Assembly: GCA_028534125.1 (NCBI GenBank)
Contig: CM052816.1
Coordinates: 19,904,001 to 19,968,000, forward strand
Source of the DNA: Lama glama
Lineage: Eukaryota
Reading direction: 5' to 3'
DNA: 64,000 bases
This document shows, in pieces, positions 1-11,879 of this stretch (positions are counted from its first letter, which is position 1; every line of letters starts with the position of its first letter). Both the position numbers and the translations under genes were made by a program. Under the pieces are notes generated by a model. It did no database searches. It saw only the letters and a list, made by a program, of their open reading frames with translations, and was not told the origin of the DNA.

Positions 1-1045
1 TAAAACGTCCCCCACTAGGGGACTCAGGGATGTTGACCATTAGAATTCTGACATTTCCTGTAGTCATTGAGTTCCCTTCCTCTATTGCCTCCAGTTTCAG
101 TAAGACTTTGTTGGTCTGAACTCAGCTCTTTAAATCCATTTGGGTCATTCTTCAGCCCAAGGCACTATAGGAGGATGGAATGAGGAAATTAGCGTTGCCC
201 TTAGTTTCATGGAACCAGAAAGGGTTAACTTTCCCACTTTGCTGGTACCTCCTTTTCTTCAATCCCTGAATTCTTTCTCTTGCTTTTAGTAACTGCCTTC
301 GTGGTCAAGGTAGCCATGCTTAATTCTTGGTAGGTCGTGCTATGCATTCACAGATGTGATTACCTAAGTTAAAAGATGAATATTCTTTTTTTTTTTTTTT
401 TTTGCCTTTCTGCCACAGCAATCCTTAATCCCCTCCAGAGCTAAGGATGAAGACACACTGGTAGGGCTACCTACAGTGAAGTAGTAAAGAGAAACTTTAA
501 AAGAAATCCCTTTTATGTCGTTTACCTAGCCATTTATTATCATTTTGGAAACCTACAGTTTATAGTTTTCCAAAATGAAGTAACACTTTCAACACAATCA
601 AGTGAAGGGATTTCATTAAAGTCTTAGAGCTTTACTGTATGAGCAGAAATCATTGGCTGTCCTCGTTACCAGGACTTCCATAAAGCTATTTGTAGAAATA
701 ATAGTTTTAAAGCTATAATTTTATACTTTAATAATTCTGTAGCTGTAGATTGTGAGCTCACTGAAGGTAGGGGCTCTGATTCATGCTTTGTCCTTTGCCA
801 ATATTAGACCAACACTAAATATTAATGTCCTTGACAGCAAGTCTAGGTCCACTGTAAGATTTACTATGACATTCTTACTCATAGAAAGTATTTAAAAACA
901 TGATTAACTTTTCAAAAAGAAAAACAATTCTGAACATTTTGGTGGTGATAGCAAAAATCAGGACCACCTCTCTTTCCTCTCCACACCTCAATATGAACCT
1001 AATCACAGAAACACTTAAGTAGTTTTTACAGTACCAGTTCCTTTA

Positions 1046-1140
1046 CCGTAACTCATTTACATCAGAATATCTGGGGGTGGGGCCTTTGAAAAGCTCTCCA
1101 AGTGTGATCTAAATGTGCTTGGTGGGGTTAGACCAATTGG
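1046..1140. mobile_element. MER5-like hAT DNA transposon fragment
   Basis: ATCAGAATATCTGGGGGTGGGGCC...AAGCTCTCCAAGTG. Confidence 0.5.
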
Positions 1141-1158
1141 ACTATAATTTATTGTAGA

Positions 1159-1203
1159 ATTTAGGAGAAGCATAGTGAGATTTAGGAGAAGCATAGTGAG
1201 ATT
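1159..1203. repeat. Perfect 21-bp tandem duplication
   Basis: ATTTAGGAGAAGCATAGTGAG x2 followed by ATT. Confidence 0.95.
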
Positions 1204-1919
1204 CAGCCTCTTACACTTAACTCTTTTTACAGAAAAAAAAAAAAAAAAAGGCAGCCCTAAGAAAGACAGCTCTCCCTGGGCATGTCCAATGATATTCTTG
1301 TTTATTGGAGGCTGTCCCTCCAGTAGAACCCCATGTCTGGTTCTTAAGGAATTAAAGGCCTCTTTGGAGCGGAGGGGTGACTTTGTATGTCAATCTGTAT
1401 GTGGTGGAACCCTATGAATTGTTTTCCCAAAGAGGGAGTTTGAGAGTTTTGACATGTAGTAAGGAAGTTTTTAAAAAGTATTACTGAGTTTGAAAAAATT
1501 TTTAAGCATATAGGAGGTGGTCAAAAAAATGTTCTTTATTTATGAACCGTTTTATTCCCGTTTTAAGGATGAATGTCAACAGCTGAGGTCTAACTCAGGT
1601 CTATGGAACACTAACATAATTAGGTAACTTATAAAACTATAATTACACAAGACTTCCTTGGAAGTCTCGTTTTACAAGGTATCTGCCTAGTGATACCAGG
1701 TATCCTTTTAGGACCCAGCACAAGCGACAAGTGTTCTGGGGCCTGGGGGCGTCTAAGACGCAGGTCGGATAAAATTCTACCTCGGTTCTTTCCCAGAGGA
1801 TTTGCAGTCACTCGCTTCCTGCAGTCAAGACTAAACTTGTGAAGAGGCCCCAGTTCGATCGACAGCAGCTCCTATCCCCCACCTCCACCTCCAAGGAACG
1901 TTCCTCTTGGTGTTCACTA

Positions 1920-2460
1920 GGAGTTCGTTTCCGCTTGTTCTCATTTTCTCTTCCGGGTCGGGCCTGGCGGGTGTTCCGGTCTTGCGCACTAGGCCCCGAG
2001 CGGGAGGCCCGCGGCACCGTTGCTATGGCAGTACGCCGTCTGGAGCTCGCGGGACTAGCGGGCTAGGTAGGGTCTGGGTCCTGGTACCTGGCTGAGACGG
2101 CGCGGAGCTAGGCCAGCGGGACTACAGAATGGGCTGAGGCGGCGGCTACCCGGACGAGGTCGACTGCGGGCGAGGGGCGCGGCACTGGTCCGGGACCCTA
2201 AGACGTCTGTTTTGAGGAGCAGGCGAAACCGAGGTTTTCTTGGGTCCTAGGGCCTGATATGTTGGCGACTACAACTTTGCGGGAACCTCATAGCCGACGG
2301 GGGCATGACAGGACGTGTGGGGACCCCACCCATGATGAATAGATGACTTGTGGTGAGGGAATCTTAAATTTTGGTGGCAATGGTCGAGACAGCGGGAAGC
2401 GCCCCAAGTTCCGGTGAGGGCTGAAGGCCCACAAGGGCACCTTACTGCCGAACTGGCAGA
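1920..2460. promoter_or_regulatory. CpG-island, TATA-less promoter of CDKL3
   Basis: The only GC/CpG-dense stretch in an AT-rich window. ETS-type TTCCGG at 1951, 1974 and 2409; X-box-like GTTGCTATGGCAGT at 2019-2032; lies just upstream of the first coding exon. Confidence 0.85.
1930..2066 (+). other. CDKL3: Probable non-coding exon 1 of CDKL3 (5' end unknown)
   Basis: Donor-like TAG|GTAGGG at 2066/2067 inside the CpG island. The ATG exon is preceded by a polypyrimidine tract and AG, so an upstream exon is required. A second candidate donor CCG|GTGAGG lies at 2413/2414. Confidence 0.55.
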
Positions 2461-2560
2461 GTGCCCAAAGGGTCTGTAGAAAAGACTCCTGGTTTTTCTG
2501 TTTCCATGTTTTAAAGTATGGGTTTATTGTGGAAATGCATTATCCAGCTTCAATAAATAA

Positions 2561-2866
<306 letters not shown>

Positions 2867-5800
2867 TAGCATATATATTTGGGCATGCAATAGAAAAAGA
2901 AGTGTGATAGGTTACCTTACTGTATACATTTTGTAATTTTACAGTGATGCAAGATATATGTGTTTATGTGAAATTAACAAAAACAATGCCAAATATTATG
3001 AAATAATTATTCAGAAATATTCAGGTATTATACTTAATAAAAATGTCTGTTTTGTGCAAGGTATTGTGCCAGATACTGAGGCTATGAAGAAGTATAAGAC
3101 AGTACCTATGTTCAGGGCTTTTATTACATAATCAGAAATACAAGCAGGGATATAAAAATAATACTGAGTAGTATTAAGTGGCTCATACTAAGAGCCAAGT
3201 GATTAACAGAAAGTCCTGTTGGGTAGGGAAGTTTTCTTGGAGGAAATGGAATATGAATTTAGCCTCAAATGATGTGTAGAATTTAGGTAAGAGGGAGAAA
3301 CTATTGTATGACAGGTTAGGGGAACAGCATAAGCTCAAAGAGGCTAAACCAGAAACATTTGCCTGTAGAGTTTCCTATGCAGAAGTAGAAAGAGGTGAGA
3401 TTAGAGAAGTAAATTGGAGGTAGGTTTTAAAGTCTTGTCTTTTAGGCTAAGGCATTAAAACTTGATTTTGTGAGTAGTGCAAGGTTTTGAATTTAGAGAA
3501 AAGAAACTACAAATATTAATCTAGCATTTTTTTAGAGTAGATTGGAGGACTGAGGAAGTAAAAACAGTTCTGTTGTGAGTTTAATTCAGAAATCCTGGTA
3601 CATGGGAAGGCCCTTATTGGAATGCAGCAATTTGAATGGAAAGTAAAGTTAGAACATAATATATTATAAAAGAAGACATGAAAGTATAGAATGAAATAGA
3701 AGGGGAGTCAAAAGTATCTTTGAGGTTCAGTGATTGCTACCATTGATGGAAATATGAAAGACCCAAAAGAAACATGGTTTGGGAACTAGATCAGTTTTAG
3801 AAATGTTGAATTTGAGGTGACAGGAATACAGTTAAGTAAAGATGACCAGTAGGCTTTTAGGGATGGGGAACAATATCAGGAGAGAACAGGCCACAAGACA
3901 GAATTTCGTGTAGGTATGACAGGTCAACTCAGGGGGAAGACCTCAGGAGTGTAAAGAAAGGAGTGTTAACAGTCCTTGGGGATTATGTACAAAACTAGTG
4001 ATTTTTAAAATATTTAAATGTATATATGTATTTTGTTTATTGGAATTTATCTAGATGTTTTAAGGTTCATAGTCTAGATGCTTTATATGTGATGAAGAAA
4101 ACATACTTTTCTTGTTCATTTTTATCTGATACAAAAGTAATATTCTCTTCTTTCTTTGTAAGTCTCTATTAGATGAGATAGATCAATTTGCTTTCTAAGT
4201 AGAAGTAATATATTAGGCATCTGTGGATTGTTGGAACTGCTCTCTTTCTAGACAATAAAAAAGAAGGTTAATGTCAGTAAAAATGTTACAATTTTGTGAA
4301 AAATACCTGTCCTTATCCTGATGACCTAAAACATAATAATTCCATAAGGCAACTGTTGTGCACTGTAAGTGAAAATCTAATTAGAAGGAGATCTCTTTCC
4401 AGGCACTATCTTTTGCTCTTTCTTTACCTTTGTTGCGCTTAAGGTGATTATTTTTTTTTTCTACTTAATTATTTTGTAAAAATAACTAATATGTGGTAAG
4501 AACACAGATGAATTTGAAATTTTACTATGTAATATAATATAGTTGTAACTATAATGCAAACTATTTTGAGATGCCTTAACTTATTTCTCATTGCTTTATG
4601 TCTTGTGGAATTTTTAGTTTGATTAAATCTAGTTCCACAGAAAAGATTTTTTGTACTATTAGTTAACATTCTTAGTCTAAAAGCACTGCCATAATGACTT
4701 AATTTGAACTAAATTTTTATCTGCTAGAATGTCATTAAATAAATTACAGTTAGAGTAATTAGTGAGAATATCTGTAGAAAAGTTGACTAGTAATGAAGGA
4801 AAACAAAAGTAAACAACCTGAAAAAGGATAATGGAGCATTTCTAGGGGTTCCATGGTTTATCTGAGAAAGTACTTGATTCCTTTACCCCTGAGTGGATTT
4901 TCTCTAATGCTTATTAGCTCACATTAACCCTTCTATGCTTTTGCCTTTAAAATGAATGCTGGACAGGAAACCAGTAATTTTCTTTAGTTGAAGGATTAAT
5001 ATTGTAGTGTCCAAAGCAGTCTTTTTTTTTTTTTTTTCACTACTACCATCATGTTGCTGCAGCATTCTAGCATCTTGCCAACCAGGAAAACTGGGAGCTA
5101 AACTAGAAAAAGAATCTGGCATTATATATTGGCATGTTATTCTATCAGTTGTGTTTTGAGGACTTTTGTCTATGTATTAGTATAGATGAGTAGAAAAATT
5201 GATATTTTGCCATTTGAATAAAGGCAGAATTTTTTTCACAAAAGCTTAGCTTTCTAATGAGTCCAACATTGAAAATTTACCCCTTAATTTTTAGTCAATG
5301 AGTGAATATTTTTGGTATTGAACAAGTTAAATATCTGAGAATTAATTGTAATTAAATCAGTGTATTTTACAAAATAGAATAAGCAGCATAAACTATTAAA
5401 CCCATTTGTTTTCTAAGCGAATACATGCCATTTTTGACATTTTGAAATTATTTTAACAGTGAATGTTACCATTCTGAAAAGGTGTTTGGTTGCTTTGGAA
5501 TGTTACAGACAATGAACAAAAATGTACCCACAAATAATTGTGTGTTTATATAAAGTTCCTATGGATATAAATTGATACTTCACGTATCTGAAAAGTTCCT
5601 AGATATTTTGATACCCTTTTGTTATAGTACCTTTAAATTTAATCACAAACCAATTTAGAGGATAGGAAGATATCTCTTAGCAGCATACCAAGTTACGTTA
5701 CAGTACACTTACTCAGAATTATTTTAGTAAACCAAATTTCAACTTGAAGTAAAGCAATACATCTCCCTTTGTTCTATAAATATTAATTATGAAATTGATT

Positions 5801-5972
5801 AACATTTTCTTAAAATAGGAGTGTAAGCAAATCAGTTGAGAAATTTCTTTTGAAATGCATAGAGGAAAAGAAGCTGAGAATATTTGTTTCTTTTTAATTA
5901 TGTATTGGTGTTATATGTGCAAATTATGGTATGTGAGAGAATTTATTAAAAATTTGTTTCTTTTGTCAATAG

Positions 5973-6182
<210 letters not shown>

Positions 6183-6884
6183 TAAGCCACACTATAGGAT
6201 GAATATAAATTGTAAGTGCCCTTTAAGTATTGTTCTATTTTTGTGAAGGTAGTTAAACTTATTTTTCTGTACATTATTAATTGACATCCTGAAAATGGAG
6301 AAAAGATTGGGGGGATTTCAGTTGCAGAACCAGAAAACATGGAACACACAATAATTACAACTCTGAGTGGATCTTTCTCCCCCATGTTTAGAGCACTGAG
6401 GAGGAGGGTGATGGATGTGTGGTAGGGAGGTTTGGAGTTAGGAACTGAAAACTAGGCTAGGGGAATGGCTAGTGAATGTGGATGCCTTTAGGGGAAGAAA
6501 GGAGAGAAAGTGGCTGAGGGGTGTAGAGCCTTGTCATTTACTTTATGAAAAATCGAGAAAGGAAAGATGATCAACTGTTCTGATTTTTAGTGTTCCCTTT
6601 TAGCATTGTTTAGTTAGTGTTTAGCGCAGCAGGTTTTTATGGACATATTTTGTTCCCAACATGAACTCTACTTTCTGTAAAGTTAGATGTATATTCAGGA
6701 AATAATAGTAAAAGTCTCAAAAATAGTTTTATTAGTAAGTGATATCCCAGGCTTTTTCAGATATCTTAATTTCTCATATTCTGTCTTGGTAATATTACAT
6801 TTCACTTTGCAGCTCTGAAAAATATGGTTGTGATAGCAGCTGGAGTTAGATTGTAATTTCCTTGCTTGCTGGATCCATGGGGAG

Positions 6885-7190
6885 ACAGTATGATGTAATA
6901 GCTAAGAGCACACAGTCTTTGGAATCAGACTGTCCTGGGTTTTAACCCACCGACTTATCTATGGATAACCACACAACTTGTACACCTCACAGCTTTCACA
7001 GTGAAAGGTGGTAGCCCCATTATTCTGTGGCCCCAGGAAAGTTATTGAACCTCCCTGAGCCTCAGTTTTCTCATCTATAAAATGATACTGTATTACCTCA
7101 CAAATTTTTTTGTAAAGATCAAATTAGGTGGTAGGCATAAAGTATTTAGCACTTTGTTAGGTCTATTTTAACTGCTTAATAAATAGTGCT
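6885..7190 (+). mobile_element. MIR SINE (other MIRs near 14370-14745, 23340-23490, 24755-24990, 27170-27370, 54055-54290)
   Basis: Core CCTCCCTGAGCCTCAGTTTTCTCATCTATAAAATG. Confidence 0.7.
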
Positions 7191-8016
7191 CATAGGGAGT
7201 CGGGAATAGTTATTTTATCTGTGTTCCTATAGTGTCTTGCCTGTAGTAGACTTTTTTTTTGCCCCACCCCCACCTCCCCCGAGTAGACTTTCAAAATATT
7301 TCTTGACTAAAGGGAGACAGCATTATGGCCTAGACTGGGAGTAGAAAACTTCAAAAAAGAGATAAAACTAAAGTAAGTAGAATTTTTAACTGTAGCTAGA
7401 ATTTCACTAGAAGAGGAAATACATTCAGAAAGGGTACAACTGTGAGAATATAAGTAGACCTGAGCAGGATACTTCAGAGAGTGGTGATAAGACAACTTAC
7501 AGAGACCAGGTCAACAGAGATGAGATTGCACAGTTGCCCTGGGGAAAGGTTTTCCAGAGCCTTGAAATTCATCCTTAGAATTTTGGACTTTTTTCCTGAA
7601 AATACTGGGAAACCATGGAAGGTTTCTGAGCATTGCTGTTATAGGATAAAAACAAACCTAATCTTATTTTGGCAAGAGTGGAGAGTAAGTATGGATAGAG
7701 ACAGATTAGATAAGAGTCTATTGTGACAGTCCAGATATGAAGTGGTAAGTGCTTGGACCAGGAGAGTGGCAATACAAAGGAGAGGAAGGATGGCTGGGGA
7801 GAGGAGGGAAAGACTTCAGAAGAGAACTAATAGGATTTGGAAACTAGTTAGACATGAGAGGAATCCAGTCAAAAGGAGAAATCAAAGATAAAAGATTTTT
7901 AATTTGAGAGCAGAAGAAGTTTGAACTCTTCTTAACTGGTCGTTTAAATTCAGGCACATAGGGAAACAACCCAAATGTCCATCAACAGACAATTGGTTTA
8001 AGAAGATATGATTGAA

Positions 8017-8021
<5 letters not shown>

Positions 8022-8052
<31 letters not shown>
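8022..8052. repeat. (TG)15 microsatellite
   Basis: Direct reading. Confidence 0.95.
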
Positions 8053-8056
<4 letters not shown>

Positions 8057-8334
8057 TCGTGTTTGTGTATATATATATACACACATAACATACGTACGTA
8101 CATACATACATACATTCACACACAGAATAGAATATTGCTCAACCATAAAAAAGAATGAAATAATGCCATTTGCAGCAACATGGATGAACTTAGAGAATAT
8201 CATACTGAGTGAAATAAGTCCAGTGGAATCTAAAAACACAAATGAATCTATATACAAAATAGAAACAGACTCACAGACATAGAAAACAAACTAATTGTTA
8301 CCAAAGGGGAAAGGGGAGGGAGGGATAAATTAGG

Positions 8335-8434
8335 NNNNNNNNNNNNNNNNNNNNNNNNNNNNNNNNNNNNNNNNNNNNNNNNNNNNNNNNNNNNNNNNNN
8401 NNNNNNNNNNNNNNNNNNNNNNNNNNNNNNNNNN
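8335..8434. other. Assembly gap (100 N)
   Basis: Run of N within L1 sequence; true length unknown. Confidence 1.
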
Positions 8435-9228
8435 TAAAACTATAAAACTATTAGAAGAAAACAGGTGAAAATCTGTGTGACCATGTATTAGGTAATAGAT
8501 ATTTAGATAAGACCTCAAAAGCAAAAGGAATCAAAGGAAAAAACAGACAAATTGAACTGCATCAGAATTAAACTTTCGTGCATCAAAGGACACCATCAAG
8601 AAATTAAGACAGAATGGGAGAACATTTGCAAATCATATATCTGATAAGTAACTAGTATGCAGAGCATATAAAATACAACAATTGAAAAAAAAACCCAATG
8701 TAAAAATGGGCAAAAGTTTTAATAGACTTTTCTCTAAAGAAAATATACAGATGACTAATAGCACATGAAATAATGCTCAAAGTCCTGAGTCATTATGGTA
8801 ATGCAAATCTAAATCACAACAAGATACCGCTTCACACCCACTAGGCTGACTATAATTTAAAAAACAGAAAAGAAAGAATGCTGACAAGTAGAGAAATTGG
8901 AACCCTCATACACTCCTGATGGTAATGTAAAATTGTACAGCTGCTATGGAAAACAGATTGGCAGTTCCTCAAAAAGTTAAACATAGAATTACCATATGAC
9001 CCAGCAGTTTTACTCCTGGGTATCTACCTGAGAGAACTGAAAACATGTTCACATAAAAACCTGCCCAAGAAAGTTCATAGCAGCATTATTCATAATAGCC
9101 AGTAAGTGGCAATAACTCAAACATATATTAGCTAATGAGTGGATAAACAAAATGAGGTATAACACAATGCAATTTATTCAGCCACAAAAAGGAATGACGT
9201 ACTGTATGTGCTATAAAATGAACCTTGA

Positions 9229-9379
9229 GTTGGGAGGGTACAGCTCAAGTGGTAGAGCACATGCTCAACATGCATGAGGTCCTGAGTTCAATCCCCAGTA
9301 CCTCCTCTAAAAATAAAGAAAGAAACCTAATTATCTGCCCCCTACAACAACAACAACAAAAAACCCAAAACCAAAATAA
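9229..9379 (+). mobile_element. tRNA-derived SINE (camelid Vic-1 type) inserted in an old L1
   Basis: A-box CAGCTCAAGTGG, B-box GAGTTCAATCC, A-rich tail; 16-bp TSD ATAAAATGAACCTTGA at 9213-9228 and 9380-9395. Confidence 0.9.
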
Positions 9380-9479
9380 ATAAAATGAACCTTGAAAATA
9401 TTATGTTAAATGAGAAAAGTCAGATGTAAAAGACCACTTAGTATAAATTCCATTTAAATGAAATATCCAGAACAGACAT

Positions 9480-10955
9480 TCATATTTGTATATCTTCTTT
9501 GAAGAAATGTCTATTCAAGTCCTTTGCCTGTTTTTAAATTGGATTATTTGTCTTTCTATTTTTGAGTTGTATTTTATATATATTTAGATACTAGTTCCTT
9601 ATCAGATAAGATTTGCAAATATTTTCTCCCATTCTGTGGGTTGTCTTTTTGCTTTCTTAATAGTGTTCTTTCAGTTTGGTTCTTTTTCTTAATCATTTCT
9701 TTCTCTATAGATATCCTTTATTTGGTGAGACATGTGTTCATACTTTTAATTCTCTAGATATGATTTCCTTTAACTGTGAACATATTTAAAACAGCTGATT
9801 ATAGTCTTTGCATAGCAAGTTCAATGTCTGAGCTTCTTCAGGGAAAGCTTCTTATTGACTGCTTTTTTCCCCTGTGTATGGCCATATTTGTTTCTTTGCA
9901 TATCTTTTTTGGGCAATATTTTTGGAAATTTGTTGAAAACCGGACATTTAAAATAATATAATGTGGCAACTATGGAAATCAAAGATTCCCATCTCTCAGG
10001 GTTTGTAGTTGTTGCTATTTGTTTAATTCTTTCCTGAACTAATTCTGTGAAGTCTGTATTCTTTGTTATGTGTGACCACTTAAATCTCTGCTCTGTTAGC
10101 TTAGTGGTCAGCTAATGTTTGGACAGAGATGTCCTTAAATGTATGAAACCAGTAAATCTCTCAGCTGTGTTTACTAAGGGGCTTCTCTGTGTGTTGGGAT
10201 ATGTCTTCAATGTTCAGGCAGACAGTTTACAACTCGGCTTTAGCCTTACCTTCCTGCTTGTGCAGAACCTCAAAGTCAGCCAGAGGTGAGCGCTTAGGGA
10301 CAGTATGGGGTCTTTTCCTAGGTATGTGCACAGTTGTGCACGTGGCCTTCATGATTCTCAGGAATATGTTGCAACTTTTCAAACCATTTATGGACATCTT
10401 ACTCCCAGCCTTTCTTTTTAGTTGAGTAGTTTGGTCAGCTTGTTTGTCTGGTTACAGCTGCCCTCAGGTGGCTATAGAATTATATAGTAGCTGCTAACTA
10501 TTTCTGACAAAGGCCTCAGGACAAAGCCTGTTTGCCCTGGGCAAGCTATGAGTGATGCCAATAAAGACAAGACCTCTAGAGGGATTTTCCAGTGACTTGC
10601 CAGGCATGTCAAATAATGACCACCTGGGACTCAGGGCTTTGAAAGAGATACAACCCTGTTTTTCTCCCTCTGGTGGCTGCTAGGCTGCTAGTTTTCACCA
10701 TGATTTGGGGAGCTGTTGGCTTACAAAGCTGCCAGGAGCTAGGGAGAGGGGAATAGAAATAGAGCAAGTTAAGAATACCACTGGATCGCATGGTTAGTTT
10801 ATGTTTTAACTTTTTCAAGAAACTACCAAACTGTTTTTCCAAAGTGGCTGTACCATTTTACATCCCTACCAACAGTGAATACCAGTGTTTCCACATCCAC
10901 CCAATATTTGTTGTTTTCTTTTGATTATAGCTATTCTAGTGGGTGTGAAGTGATC
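9480..10955 (-). mobile_element. Old L1 fragments, antisense (ORF2 end, 5' region and 3' region)
   Basis: GAAATGTCTATTCAAGTCCTTTGCC, TTTGCAAATATTTTCTCCCATTCTGTGGG, CCAAACTGTTTTTCCAAAGTGGCTGTACCATTTTACAT. Confidence 0.75.
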
Positions 10956-11879
10956 TTTTTTTTTTGAGTAGTGAAACCATATTTATTCACAGATGACCAT
11001 CTCTGTAGAAAATTCTGTGGAATCTACAACAAAGTTAACAGATCTAATTTGTAAGTTTATCAAGATTGTTGAATACAAGATCAGTATGTGAAAATTGATT
11101 GTATTTCCATGTATTAGCAACAATCAGAAATTGAAATTAAAAATACTGTTATAATAGCATCAAAAATGTGAACTACTAAGAGAAAACTTGATAAAAGATG
11201 TATAAAACCTATACACTGAAAACTGTTAACCAATAATGAGAGAAATTAAAGAAGATCTAAGCCAATGGAAAGAAATACTGTGTTTATAGAGATCTCAAGG
11301 TGATAGTGGAAGACCAAAGAGGATGTTGTCAAAACATAGAATTTTAAAAATTGAGATTCAGAGGTTACTTGGTTCTGAAGGATAACAAAATTCTGCATGT
11401 AGTCGTGGTGTTAGTTGTTGAAAGGAGTGAGAATATTAGGATATCAGCTGAGTGGATCTTTCTCCCCCATGTTTAGAGCACTGAGGAGGACGGTGATGGT
11501 TGTGTGGTAGGCAGACTGTATGAAGTGGTATCTTAATGTGCTTTTCCATGTTTACTTTTGCTCACATTGTATCCTCGGATCTTGGTATATTGCCTGGCAT
11601 CTAGTAATCAATCAGTAAAAGTTGTGAAAGTAAAAAAGGACTAATACAGTTTTATGGATGGCATTATTAAGGTGATTCATTACCCTTAGTTAATTTTTTG
11701 GCCATTTATGGTGGGAGACTGAGGCAGAACGAGAGGCAGTCCTAAAGGCTTATAGCAATAAATTGTATAAAAAAGGAAAGACCCCAGATTTCTGTCAATG
11801 AGATATTTTCACTCATGCTGTGATACTTTGCTGGTGATGAGAATATGCTGAATTCATGTGATAAACTTTTAAAATGCCT

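Larger units (their letters stand above)
7955..9480 (+). mobile_element. L1 3'-region fragments (younger and older subfamilies) split by an assembly gap and a SINE
   Basis: Typical L1 strings: AACAACCCAAATGTCCATCAACAGA, AAAAAGAATGAAATAATGCCATTTGCAGCAACATGGATG, AAAAAGTTAAACATAGAATTACCATATGACCCAGCA. Confidence 0.85.

Noticed and set aside
1..1900. Possible divergent neighbour gene (UBE2B lies head-to-head with CDKL3 in human, from memory)
   Set aside because: No recognisable exon or second CpG island inside the window.
2119..2285. ACTACA motifs resembling the ZNF143/THAP11 element
   Set aside because: The TCCCA half of the motif is missing; too weak to call.
7882..8282. ORFs with HTHT and CVCV repeats
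   Set aside because: Translation of the (TG)n microsatellite and L1 sequence.
9229..9305. tRNA-like sequence with A and B boxes (also at 50034, 51194, 52075)
   Set aside because: A-rich tails, TSDs and multiple diverged copies identify these as SINEs, not tRNA genes.
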